A stretch of DNA of 64,000 nt from Nostoc sp. (GTDB lineage Bacteria > Cyanobacteriota > Cyanobacteriia > Cyanobacteriales > Nostocaceae). The DNA is taken from NCBI GenBank assembly GCA_036918135.1, contig JBALDB010000067.1, forward strand, positions 160,001-224,000, read 5' to 3'. Below, in pieces: positions 10,180-21,300 of the stretch; position 1 is the first letter of the stretch; each line of letters opens with the position of its first letter. Below the pieces are notes generated by a model that saw only the letters and a program-made list of their open reading frames with translations, was not told the DNA's origin and searched no databases. Made by a program: the position numbers and the translations under genes.

Positions 10180-11046
10180 ATGCAAGCTCAAACTAGTAAC
10201 TCAATTTTGAGAATTAAAAATCCTAGTCACAAAGAATTTATAGAACTTTGGAAGCAATATCAACCTTTTTTAATTGATGGTGTTGCTGAATATTGGAACG
10301 CCTGTCAAAATTGGTCTAATGATTATCTTTTAAAAAAATGTAAAAATAATATTATCCCTGTAGAATTTTCTCCTAAATCATATTTGGAGAATTTTGAATA
10401 TGTTTTAGAGAAAACTTATGCTAGCGAAGAGATGAAATTAAAAGAATATGTAGATATAATTACTAAAAATAAAAAAGAAATTGATTTTGAATATTATATG
10501 GCTCAGGTAGACTTTGAAAAGTATTTTCCTGAACTAACTGGTGATATAAATTCTCCTGAGTTCTTTAATATAAAACCATTGATTAATTTCTGGTTCGGTT
10601 CCTCTGGTAGAACTAGCACTCTTCACTTCGATCTGGAACATAATATTTTTACTCAAATTCGAGGTAGAAAAAGAATACTTCTGTTTCCTCCTTTTAATTA
10701 TCTATCATTATATCCTCCTCTTAGAGAAAGTGGTGCTCATGCTCATTTTAGTAAAGTAGATCCTATTAACCTCGATTTAGAATTATTTCCAAAATTTCCT
10801 TGGCAAGACAAAATAGAAGTTGTACTTCAAGCTGGAGAAATGCTATATATACCACCTATTTGGTGGCATCATGTAACAGCATTAGATGATAACATATCAT
10901 TGTCATTTTGGTATGATGTAAAAATTCAAGATGTTTTCAAGCAAAAAAAATTTTTATCTACTGTTTTGAATATATTACCTCATTATTTACTTCATTCCAG
11001 TTCTTCTTTAACTAGACTTAAATTAATTATTCAATCTATTTGGTAA
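10180..11046 (+). CDS. JmjC/cupin-8 Fe(II)/2-oxoglutarate hydroxylase
   Basis: HxD...H triad: TLHFDLEHN...GRKRILLFPP...GEMLYIPPIWWHHV. Confidence 0.88.
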   Translation: MQAQTSNSILRIKNPSHKEFIELWKQYQPFLIDGVAEYWNACQNWSNDYLLKKCKNNIIPVEFSPKSYLENFEYVLEKTYASEEMKLKEYVDIITKNKKEIDFEYYMAQVDFEKYFPELTGDINSPEFFNIKPLINFWFGSSGRTSTLHFDLEHNIFTQIRGRKRILLFPPFNYLSLYPPLRESGAHAHFSKVDPINLDLELFPKFPWQDKIEVVLQAGEMLYIPPIWWHHVTALDDNISLSFWYDVKIQDVFKQKKFLSTVLNILPHYLLHSSSSLTRLKLIIQSIW

Positions 11047-11202
11047 AAGTAATTTTCAGTAAATTTTTAACAACTATATAAGTGAATAAATAGCTAATAT
11101 GTTAGGTATTATATAAATAGTAAAATAATCAGATAAAGTTCTCAAATCTCAAACTTTAGTTACTACTGTTTTCTAAATAAATTATTAAAGATAGTTAAAA
11201 AG

Positions 11203-12270
11203 ATGATTAGTATTCAAGAGCAAGATATCAATAGTAAACAAGATAAAAAAGTTATTAAATGTGTCGTTTGGGATTTGGATAATACTATATGGTACGGAGT
11301 TTTGCTGGAAGATGAGAAAGTTACTTTGCAAGAAAATATACTTAAAATTATTCATACTTTAGATAGTCGTGGTATTCTCCAATCTATAGCTAGTAAGAAC
11401 GAACGTACTACAGCAATAACTAAACTAGAAGAATTTGGTTTAAAAGAGTATTTTTTATATCCACAAATAAATTGGAATTCTAAAGCAGCTTCTATTAAAG
11501 AAATTGCTAAGTTACTGAATATTGGTCTGGATGCGATCGCTTTCATTGATGACCAATTATTTGAACTAGAAGAAGTAAAATTTTCCTTACCAGAAATTCT
11601 TTGTATAAATGTAGATGAAATAGAAAATATCTTAGATATGCCTGTGATGAATCCCCGTTTTATTACGGAAGATTCACGAATTAGAAGATTGATGTATATT
11701 AGTGATATAGAGCGTCAAAATGCCGAGAAAGAGTTTATTGGTGCAGCAGACGAATTCTTAGCTACTCTGAAGATGAAATTTATCATATCTTCTGCCAAAG
11801 AAGAAGATTTACAACGTGCAGAAGAATTAACATTACGAACTAACCAATTAAATACAACTGGTTATACCTACTCCTATGACGAACTCAATCATTTTCGCTC
11901 TTCAGAAAACCATAAACTACTAATTGCAAGTCTAGAAGATAAGTATGGCACTTACGGAAAAATAGGTTTAACTCTGCTCGAATGTGAAACAGAAATATGG
12001 ACAATCAAGCTTTTGCTGATGTCTTGTCGGGTTATGTCAAGGGGAGTCGGGATAATTATGTTAAATCATATCATGAGTCTGGCTCAAAGCAATAATGTTC
12101 GTCTTGTAGCAGAGTTTATCTCAAATGACCGTAACAGAATGATGTATATATCTTATAAATTTGCCGGGTTTAAGGAAATTAAGAATAATGGTAGTTCAGT
12201 TATTTTGGAAAACGATTTAAGTCGGATTCAACCTATACCTTCATATGTAGATTTTCAAGTAATTGCTTAA
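11203..12270 (+). CDS. fkbH: FkbH-family glyceryl-ACP synthase (HAD-IIIC phosphatase/acyltransferase)
   Basis: KCVVWDLDNTIW HAD motif, SIASKN, FIDD, RTNQLN and LLMSCRVMSRG with the catalytic Cys. Confidence 0.93.
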   Translation: MISIQEQDINSKQDKKVIKCVVWDLDNTIWYGVLLEDEKVTLQENILKIIHTLDSRGILQSIASKNERTTAITKLEEFGLKEYFLYPQINWNSKAASIKEIAKLLNIGLDAIAFIDDQLFELEEVKFSLPEILCINVDEIENILDMPVMNPRFITEDSRIRRLMYISDIERQNAEKEFIGAADEFLATLKMKFIISSAKEEDLQRAEELTLRTNQLNTTGYTYSYDELNHFRSSENHKLLIASLEDKYGTYGKIGLTLLECETEIWTIKLLLMSCRVMSRGVGIIMLNHIMSLAQSNNVRLVAEFISNDRNRMMYISYKFAGFKEIKNNGSSVILENDLSRIQPIPSYVDFQVIA

Positions 12271-12305
12271 TTTTTTAATAATAAAATACTTTCTGAATAA
12301 TATCT

Positions 12306-15300
12306 ATGAATAATAAAGCAGATGAAATTATTAAACGACGTTCTCAACTCTCACCTGCCAAACAAGCACTTTTAGAAAAGCGCTTACGAGGTGAGGAGCA
12401 TCCTAATACTCAAAAAATAGTTATTCCTCCTCGTACCCAGCAAAGTCCTGCTCCTCTATCTTTAGCTCAGCAAGGACTATGGTTTTTTCAACAGTTAGAA
12501 TCCCAAAGTTCTGTTTATAACGAATTCGCATGTATACAATTAAAAGGTGTTCTTAATTTAGCAGCTCTAGAGAAGAGTCTGAATGAGATTATTAGACGCC
12601 ATGAATCTTTGCGTACCTGCTTTGAAATTTTGAATGAGCAGCCAGTTCAAGTGATTCATCCCACTTTGACTGTAAAGTTACCAGTTGTGAACTTGAGCAA
12701 TTTACCACAAGCATTGCAAAATGCTGAAGTTGAGCAACTAACTGCTGAAATTGCTCAAAAGCCTTTTGACTTAGCATTCAGTCCCTTGCTGCGAGCGATG
12801 TTATTGCAAATAGGCGAGCAGGAACATTTACTTTTATTAGTTATCCACCATATAGTCTGTGATGGCTGGTCAATACAAATACTTAACCAAGAATTAGCAG
12901 TACTATACGAAAGTTTCTGTGCTGAAAAATCTTCCCCACTTTCAAAACTACCCATTCAATACGCAGACTATTCTATTTGGCAGCGTCAGTGGTTGCAAGG
13001 TGAGCGCGAAACAACTCAACTTTCTTATTGGAAGCAGCAATTGGCAGATGCTCCAACGACTTTGGCTCTGCCTACAGACCGTCAGCGCCCTCCAATACAA
13101 AGTTTCCAAGGAGCAACTAGCCCTTTTAAGCTATCACCGCGCTTGACTAGTATGCTTAAGTCTTTAAGCAACCAGCAAGGGGTTACTTTGTTTATGACCC
13201 TATTAGCGGCATTTCAAGCACAATTATACCGCTATACAAACCAAGAAGATATCTGCGTCGGCTCTCCAATAGCTAACCGCAACCATACTAATATTGAAGG
13301 ATTAATCGGTTTTTTTGTCAACACCCTTGTGCTGCGTACTGACCTTTCTAGGAATCCAAGTTTTCTAGAATTACTCGGTCGAGTGCGCGAAGTATGCGTG
13401 GGTGCTTATGCTCATACTGATATACCTTTCGAGCGAGTGGTGGCAGAACTGCATCCTGAACGGAATCTCAGTCATACTCCCTTATTTCAAGTCATGTTTG
13501 CTTTGCAGGAAGATAGCAAAAAAGATTTAGTATTGCCTGGTTTGACTCTCAAATGGCTTGACAATCACAGTCAGACAGCTAAGTTTGATTTAACACTGTT
13601 TGTGATGGACGCCAAATCAGAACTTTGGGGGTTTTGGGAGTACAATACTGACCTGTTTGATGCTGCCACTATTGAGCGGATGAACGGGCATTTGATTAAT
13701 TTGCTGGAAGCTATTGTTACCGACCCCCAGAAGCGCTTATCAGATTTGCCACTGTTGACAAATGCAGAGCAGCAAACTCTGTTAGGTAAGTGGAATGATA
13801 CCACTACCAATTACTCTGAGGAAAAATGTATCCATGAATTGTTTGAAGCCCAAGTAGAAAGAACGCCGGACGCCCTAGCAGTGGTTTTTGAGGAAGAACA
13901 ACTTACCTATCGGGAACTGAACCTCAGAGCGAATCAGCTAGCCCACCATTTGCAAGCTTTAGGCGTCAAACCAGAGGTGCTAGTGGGACTTTGCACAGAG
14001 CGTTCAATCGAGATGATAATTGGGCTATTAGCCATCCTCAAAGCTGGCGGAGCCTACGTACCGATTGACCCAACTTATCCGCAGCAGCGATTAGCTTTAG
14101 TGCTAAATAATGCTCAACTAACAATATTGCTTACGCAACAAAACTTACTGGCAAAGCTACCAGCACATACAGCAAAAGTTCTTTGCTTAGATGAGATTCA
14201 TTGGCAAGGCATATCCTCAGCAATCCCACAAAATCCAGTAAATCAAACCAATCCTCTAAATATAGCCTATGTAATTTATACATCAGGCTCTACTGGCATA
14301 CCCAAAGCTGTGACAATCCAACATCAGTCTTTGGTAAACTTTGTCCAAGCTGCAATAACACAGTACGAACTACAACCACAAGACCGCATCTTACAATTTG
14401 CCTCTATTAGCTTTGATGCTGCTTGTGAAGAAATTTTTCCTTGTTTGCTGCACGGTGCGACTTTGGTATTGCGAACTGATGAAATGTTGGTTTCAATTAA
14501 AGCTTTCAATCAAAAATGTCAACAGCATTGCATATCGGTTTTAGATTTACCTACTGCTTTTTGGCATCAACTAACCTCAGAACTTGCAACCTCAGCATTA
14601 AAGTTACCAGAATCACTACGCCTAGTGATTATTGGTGGCGAAAAAGCCTTGCCAGACAAGGTTAACACTTGGCGACAGCAAGTACCAAGCATACGTTTGA
14701 TTAATAGCTATGGGCCAACAGAAACTACAGTGGTGGCTACAGTTTGCGACTTGGCAACTGTAGAAGTACAAGTGCCCATTGGCAAAGCGATCGCCAATGT
14801 GCAAACCTATGTGTTAGATTCTAATTTACAACCAGTTCCCATCGGCATTTGGGGCGAATTGTACGTTGGAGGAATTGGGGTAGCCAGAGGCTATCTGCAT
14901 CAACCAGAACTAACAGCTCAGAAGTTTATCCCAAATCCTTTTAGCGAGCGGCTAGGTTCTCGTCTTTACAAAACAGGCGATCGGGTACGCTACCGCAATG
15001 ATGGTCAAATTGAATTCAATGGTCGTGTTGACAACCAAGTAAAAATTAGGGGTTTCCGTATTGAGCTAGGGGAAATAGAAGCATTGCTCGATGAACATCC
15101 TTATGTTCGGGAAGCTACAGTAGTTTCTCGCAAAGGCAAAGATGTCTCAGATTCCCAGCAGTTAGTAGCCTATGTAGTTGCCAGTACATCTGATGTTGTC
15201 AAAGGGCAGACATCAGCAGTTGATTTGAACACTCAACAAGCCTCGCAGTGGCAAGCAGTTTTTGATAGTCTCTATAACGAGTTAGACTTAGAACAACAGT

Positions 15301-18290
15301 CAGGTTTTTATATTAAAGGCTGGGAAAGTAGCTATACAGGCTTGCATCTCCCCGATGAACAAGTACGTGAGTGGATGGAGCAAACAGTTGAGCGGATTTC
15401 AGCTTTACAACCAACCCAAATTCTAGAAATTGGTTGTGGTGGAAGCGGTTTAATGCTTTTACACTTTGCTGCTGATTGCACGCAATACTGTGCAACTGAC
15501 ATTTCACAAAATGCTCTCAACATTCTCCAGCAACAATTAAGCAACTTAGGGCAAGATCTGTCAGCAGTGAGTTTCATCCAGAAAGGAGCAGATGACTTCA
15601 CTGGTATGAGTACAGATAGTTTCGATGCTGTATTCATCGTCTCAGTAGCCCAATATTTTCCGAGTATTGATTATTTATTAAAAGTATTGGAAGGTGCTGT
15701 AAATGTAGTCCAGCCTGGAGGCTTTATATTTTTAGGAGATGTTCGCAATTTCCGCTTACTAGAAGCTTTTCACACCTCTGTTCAATTACATAAAGCATCA
15801 GCCTCTCTGTCTGTCGCAAATTTACAGCAACGCGTGCAAAAGCAAATATTTGCAGAGAAACAGTTAGTTATCGATCCAGCTTTTTTCATCGCCTTAAAAC
15901 AGCATCTACCTAAAATTAGTCATGTAGAAATTCATCTCCAACGCGGGCACTTTCATAATGAATTAACTAAATTCCGCTACGATGTGATTATCCATATAGG
16001 GCATAACAATCCTCCAGTAGATATTTCATGGTTAGATTGGCAGCAAGCAAAGTTGACGCTTGCATCTGTTCGTGAATTACTTATAGAGACTCAGCCGGAT
16101 ATTTTAGGAATTGTTAATGTGCCTAATGCTCGTGTCTTGGCAGATGTCAAAGCTGTGGAATTACTCAAAAACTCCCAAGACTTGACAAATGTTAGTCAGT
16201 TACACCAAGCTCTCCAAGCAATAGCAACAAATGGCATCGACCCGGAAGAATTATGGGCTTTGAGTGAAGAACTACCTTACACCATCGATATTAGTTGGTC
16301 AGATGATAGTGTTAATGGTGAATACAAAGTAGTATTCAAAAGCCGCACCGTAGCCTCACAGATGAAGCCGATAGTGGTAGCTCCTCCTTGCACTGGAAAA
16401 ACTACTAGCTATCAGATTTGGAGTGATTGTGCTAATACTCCACTACAGCAGATGTCTAATACTCAAGTTGTATCCATATTACGGCAGTATTTAGAAGAAA
16501 AGTTACCAAACTACATGCTGCCAGCAGCTTTTGTAATTCTAGAAGCGCTGCCACTTACCCCTAATGGTAAAGTCGATCGTAAGGCTTTGCCGGAGCCTGA
16601 CCGAATCCGCCCAGAATTAGAAGAAACCTATATTGCACCTCAGACGAGTGTTGAAAAACAATTAGCTGTGATTTGGGCACAAGTACTTGGCTTAGAAAAA
16701 GTAGGTATCAATGATAAATTCTTTGAACTGGGTGGAGATTCTATTCTCAGTCTTCAAGTTATATCTAAAGCGAACCTTGCAGGACTACACCTGACACCCA
16801 AACAATTGTTCCAGCACCAAACCATTGCCCAACTAGCAACAGTTGTTAGCAGCAATATCTCAATTTCAGCCGAACAAGGTTTGGTAACTGGCTCATTCCC
16901 CTTAACACCTATCCAGCGCTGGTTTTTTGAGGAAAATTTTTCCAACCCCGATTACTACAATCAAGCTGTTTTACTAGAGGTACAACAAGCACTCAATCCA
17001 GTAATTCTAGAGCAAGTAGTAAATTATTTGCTACAACACCACGACTCGCTGCGATCGCAATTCATCCAAGAATCATCGAAATGGCAGGCAAGGATTGGGG
17101 AATTTCAGCAGGTAGCGCCAATTACAGTCATCGATTTATCTACATTACCTCCAGAAAGCCAAAGTGCCGCCATTACTGCAACTTGTAGCGAACTCCAAGC
17201 CAGTCTTAGCTTATCTGGACAATTGCTGCAAGTTGCTTTATTTAATCTTGGTGTCAATCAGCACAGCCGCCTATTTATTGTGATTCATCACTTGGTTGTA
17301 GATGGTGTCTCTTGGCGGATTTTATTGGAAGACTTGCAGACAGCTTACATACAGCTAAGTCGGCGTGAAACCATCAAATTACCGCCAAAAACTACTTCTT
17401 TTAAACAATGGGCTGAGCAACTGCAAGAATATGCTCAATCAGCAGCAGCGGAAATAGATTATTGGTTGCAACCGCGTCAGCCCTGTTCCTCCTTACCTGT
17501 AGATTATCCAGGTGGGAATAATACAATCGGTTCTGCTGCAAGTGTTACAGTCGCCTTGAGTGCAGCAGAAACCCAAGCTTTGTTGCAAGATGTACCAGCC
17601 GCTTACCGGACTCAAATCAATGACGTGTTACTCGTAGCACTCGTACAAACATTTGCTAAGTGGACTGGACAAACCACCCTGTTGTTAGACTTAGAGGGAC
17701 ATGGCAGGGAAGAAATATTAACAAATGCAGACATCTCGCGCACAATTGGTTGGTTTACCAGTATATTTCCCATTATCTTGAGTATAGAAAAGACTAGCAA
17801 CCCTGGAGAAGCTTTAAAAATGGTAAAAGAGCAACTGCGCCGGATACCAAATCGGGGTATCGGCTATGGAGTGCTGTACTACCTGAATGAAGATCCGCAA
17901 ATAACTGGGGTATTGCGTTCTCTATCGAAACCAGAAGTGAGTTTTAATTACCTCGGTCAGCTAGACCAAGTATTAAATACCTCTTCAATGTTTAAATTTG
18001 CTAGTGAATCTGATGGTAGCAACCAAAGCGATCGCCATCATCGCTCACACTTGCTGGAAATTGACAGCAGTATTATTTCAGGTCAGCTGAAATTGCAGTG
18101 GCGTTACAGTCATAACCTGCACAAACAATCTACAGTGGAAACTCTCGCACAGGGGTTTATCGAGGCGTTGCGCTCGATAATTGCCCATTGTCAATCACCC
18201 GAAGCAGTTGGTTTTACGCCTTCTGACTTTCCTTTGGTGCAGTTAAACCAAGCAGAACTCGATTTAGCTTTGCAACAAATTTCATTTTAA
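12306..18290 (+). CDS. NRPS module C-A-NMT-T-E, predicted Lys/basic amino acid
   Basis: C HHIVCDGWS; by-eye A code DAEDIGSVVK; MT inserted between A8 and A9 (LEIGCGGSG, SVAQYFP); T GGDSI; E HHLVVDGVSW, EGHGRE, FNYLGQ. Confidence 0.93.
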   Translation: MNNKADEIIKRRSQLSPAKQALLEKRLRGEEHPNTQKIVIPPRTQQSPAPLSLAQQGLWFFQQLESQSSVYNEFACIQLKGVLNLAALEKSLNEIIRRHESLRTCFEILNEQPVQVIHPTLTVKLPVVNLSNLPQALQNAEVEQLTAEIAQKPFDLAFSPLLRAMLLQIGEQEHLLLLVIHHIVCDGWSIQILNQELAVLYESFCAEKSSPLSKLPIQYADYSIWQRQWLQGERETTQLSYWKQQLADAPTTLALPTDRQRPPIQSFQGATSPFKLSPRLTSMLKSLSNQQGVTLFMTLLAAFQAQLYRYTNQEDICVGSPIANRNHTNIEGLIGFFVNTLVLRTDLSRNPSFLELLGRVREVCVGAYAHTDIPFERVVAELHPERNLSHTPLFQVMFALQEDSKKDLVLPGLTLKWLDNHSQTAKFDLTLFVMDAKSELWGFWEYNTDLFDAATIERMNGHLINLLEAIVTDPQKRLSDLPLLTNAEQQTLLGKWNDTTTNYSEEKCIHELFEAQVERTPDALAVVFEEEQLTYRELNLRANQLAHHLQALGVKPEVLVGLCTERSIEMIIGLLAILKAGGAYVPIDPTYPQQRLALVLNNAQLTILLTQQNLLAKLPAHTAKVLCLDEIHWQGISSAIPQNPVNQTNPLNIAYVIYTSGSTGIPKAVTIQHQSLVNFVQAAITQYELQPQDRILQFASISFDAACEEIFPCLLHGATLVLRTDEMLVSIKAFNQKCQQHCISVLDLPTAFWHQLTSELATSALKLPESLRLVIIGGEKALPDKVNTWRQQVPSIRLINSYGPTETTVVATVCDLATVEVQVPIGKAIANVQTYVLDSNLQPVPIGIWGELYVGGIGVARGYLHQPELTAQKFIPNPFSERLGSRLYKTGDRVRYRNDGQIEFNGRVDNQVKIRGFRIELGEIEALLDEHPYVREATVVSRKGKDVSDSQQLVAYVVASTSDVVKGQTSAVDLNTQQASQWQAVFDSLYNELDLEQQSGFYIKGWESSYTGLHLPDEQVREWMEQTVERISALQPTQILEIGCGGSGLMLLHFAADCTQYCATDISQNALNILQQQLSNLGQDLSAVSFIQKGADDFTGMSTDSFDAVFIVSVAQYFPSIDYLLKVLEGAVNVVQPGGFIFLGDVRNFRLLEAFHTSVQLHKASASLSVANLQQRVQKQIFAEKQLVIDPAFFIALKQHLPKISHVEIHLQRGHFHNELTKFRYDVIIHIGHNNPPVDISWLDWQQAKLTLASVRELLIETQPDILGIVNVPNARVLADVKAVELLKNSQDLTNVSQLHQALQAIATNGIDPEELWALSEELPYTIDISWSDDSVNGEYKVVFKSRTVASQMKPIVVAPPCTGKTTSYQIWSDCANTPLQQMSNTQVVSILRQYLEEKLPNYMLPAAFVILEALPLTPNGKVDRKALPEPDRIRPELEETYIAPQTSVEKQLAVIWAQVLGLEKVGINDKFFELGGDSILSLQVISKANLAGLHLTPKQLFQHQTIAQLATVVSSNISISAEQGLVTGSFPLTPIQRWFFEENFSNPDYYNQAVLLEVQQALNPVILEQVVNYLLQHHDSLRSQFIQESSKWQARIGEFQQVAPITVIDLSTLPPESQSAAITATCSELQASLSLSGQLLQVALFNLGVNQHSRLFIVIHHLVVDGVSWRILLEDLQTAYIQLSRRETIKLPPKTTSFKQWAEQLQEYAQSAAAEIDYWLQPRQPCSSLPVDYPGGNNTIGSAASVTVALSAAETQALLQDVPAAYRTQINDVLLVALVQTFAKWTGQTTLLLDLEGHGREEILTNADISRTIGWFTSIFPIILSIEKTSNPGEALKMVKEQLRRIPNRGIGYGVLYYLNEDPQITGVLRSLSKPEVSFNYLGQLDQVLNTSSMFKFASESDGSNQSDRHHRSHLLEIDSSIISGQLKLQWRYSHNLHKQSTVETLAQGFIEALRSIIAHCQSPEAVGFTPSDFPLVQLNQAELDLALQQISF

Positions 18291-18304
18291 GGGAGAGAAA
18301 CAAG

Positions 18305-21300
18305 ATGAGCTTAAAAAATATTGAAGATGCTTATCCTTTATCTCCCATGCAACAGGGGATGCTATTCCACAGTATTTATGCTCCTAACTCTGGTGTTTAC
18401 GTCGAACAGATGTGGTTTGAGTTGCATGGAGCATTAAACGTTACTGCTTTTAGCCAAGCTTGGCAACAAGTAATAAAGCGTCATCCTGTGTTAAGAAGCG
18501 CTTGTGTGTGGGAAAACTTAGAAAAACCTCTTCAGGTTGTCTGTCGAGAAGTCAAATTCCCTTGGCAAGAGTTAGATTGGCGCGAAATACCTGCAACTGA
18601 GCAACAACAACACTTAGAAACCTTCTTGCAAGCAGACCGTCAACATGGTTTCTTACTTTCCCAAGCCCCACTGATGCGCTTCACACTAATTCGCTTGGCA
18701 GAGCAAGTTTATCATTTCTGTTGGAGCCATCACCATCTGTTACTTGACGGCTGGTCGGGGCCTAACGTCTATGAAGAAGTTATTGCTTACTACAAAGCTT
18801 TTTGCCAGGGCGAAAATCTTTACTTAGCTGTACCCCGTCCGTATCGAGATTACATTGCTTGGTTGCAACAACAGGATGTTTCTCAAGCCGAAGCTTTTTG
18901 GCGAAAGACACTTTCAGGTTTAACATCTCCCACTCAACTGGGAATTAGTTCAATTGGATACCAAAGCGAGCAACAAGAGGATTACAAGGAACAAGAATTG
19001 AAATTGTCTCCTACCACAACTGCTGCTCTTAATTCCTTCGTCAAACAGCATCAACTCACCCTTAATACCTTGGTGCAAGCAGCTTGGGCACTGCTACTGA
19101 GCCGTTACAGTGGTGAAGAAGATATAGTTTTTGGAGCTACAGTTTCTGGTCGTCCTCCTGCTTTAATAAATGCAGAATCTATGGTTGGGCTATTTATCAA
19201 CACTTTGCCAGTCAGGGTACAAGTAAATCCCAAGCAAGAATTGCTCCCTTGGCTGCAACAACTCTTCGCCCAACAAGTAGAGGCGGGTCAGTATGAGTAC
19301 GCGCCGTTAGTAGATATCCAAAAATGGAGCGAGATTCCTGCTAATCTGTCTTTATTTGACACTATTGTAGTATTTGAAAATTACCCTTTAGATGAAAGAT
19401 TGTCACAGCCGGATTTAAACGTCAAAATTAAAAATATACAAGTATTTGAAAAGACTAATTATCCGATAACTCTAAGTATTATTCCCAGCAGAGAGTTGTT
19501 ATTTAAAATAGCCTATCAACAGAGCGATCGCTTTGATGTTTTCAGCATCAACCAGATGTTAGGACACCTGCAAACCCTGCTGGAAGGCATGGTTGCTAAC
19601 CCGTACCAGCGCTTAGAACAATTATCGCTGTTAACCTCAGCAGAACAGCAGTTATTAGAAAAGTGGAATAACACGCAAACTGAATATCCCCAAGAAAAAA
19701 CCATCCACGAGTTGTTTGAAGCGCAAGTGGAAAGAACGCCGGACGCCGTAGCGGTGGTTTTTGAAGATGAACAGCTAACCTATAGCGAACTCAACGCCAG
19801 AGCCAACCAACTAGCACACTACCTACGCACTTTAGGTGTAAAACCAGAAGTATTGGTGGGAATATGTGTAGAGCGATCGCTTTGGATGGTAATTGGACTA
19901 TTAGCCATCCTCAAAGCAGGGGGTGCATACGTACCAATAGACCCCAGCTACCCTAAACAACGCTTAGCTTTTATGTTAGAAGACTCTCAACCAAGAGTCT
20001 TGTTAACACAACAGCAGCTAGTAGAAACTCTACCAACTCACGCAGCTAAATTAATTTGTATAGATAGTGACTGGGAACTCATCGCCCAATATAGTAAACA
20101 AAACCCAGTTTGCCATCTCACCTTAGATAACCTGGCTTACGTCATCTACACCTCCGGCTCTACAGGTAAACCCAAAGGTGCGATGAATAGTCACAGGGGA
20201 GTTTGCAATCGTCTACTGTGGATGCAAGACACTTACCAATTAACAGCAACCGACCGAGTTTTACAGAAGACACCATTTAGCTTCGATGTTTCAGTCTGGG
20301 AATTTTTCTGGACATTAATCACAGGCGCGCGTTTAGTAGTAGCGCAACCACAGGGACATCGAGACAGCAAATACTTAGTAAATATAATTAGACAACAACA
20401 AATATCTACCATCCATTTTGTGCCTTCGATGCTGCAAGTGTTTCTAGAAGCCGAAAATCTAGAAAATTGTCGGTCTCTGGTGCGAGTGATGGCTAGTGGT
20501 GAGGCCTTGCCAGCCCAACTACAACAACATTTTTTCCATCGACTCGATGCCCAACTGCACAATCTTTATGGGCCGACGGAAGCCGCAGTAGATGTTACCT
20601 TTTGGGCGTGCAGGCAGCACAGTCTCGAAGAGAATAACATCAGCCTGCAAAAGACAGTTGCTATTGGTCGCCCAATAGCTAACATCCAGATTTATTTGCT
20701 GGATGGGCATCTTAACTGTGTGCCTGTAGGTGTCACAGGCGAATTATATATTGGTGGTGTGGGAGTGGGTCGCGGCTATTTAAACCGCCCAGAATTGACT
20801 GCTGAGAAATTTATCCCCAACCCCTTTAGCCAACAACCAGGGCGTCTGTATAAAACTGGTGATTTAGCACGTTATTTAGCCAATGGAGAGATAGAGTACA
20901 TTGGTCGAATTGACCACCAAGTGAAAATTCGTGGTTTCCGTATCGAGTTGGGAGAAATTGAAGCATCTATTACTCAACACCCAGCAGTGCGCGAAACTGT
21001 AGTTGTAGCAGATGCTCAGCGAATAGTCGCTTATGTAGTCTTGCACGCCGAGCAAACACTGGCAATTTCTCAATTACGCAACTTCCTAGAGTCCAAGTTG
21101 CCAAGCTACATGCTGCCAGCAGCTTTCGTATTCCTAGAAGCACTACCCCTGACACCTAATGGTAAGATTGACCGTAAAGCACTACCCATAGTTGGTCTGA
21201 CACAGCTAATACCTGAGTCATATTTTGTACCTCCTTCCACACCAATTGAGGAGATGCTAGTTACTATTTGGGCTAAGGTTCTTGGTATTGAGAAGATTAG

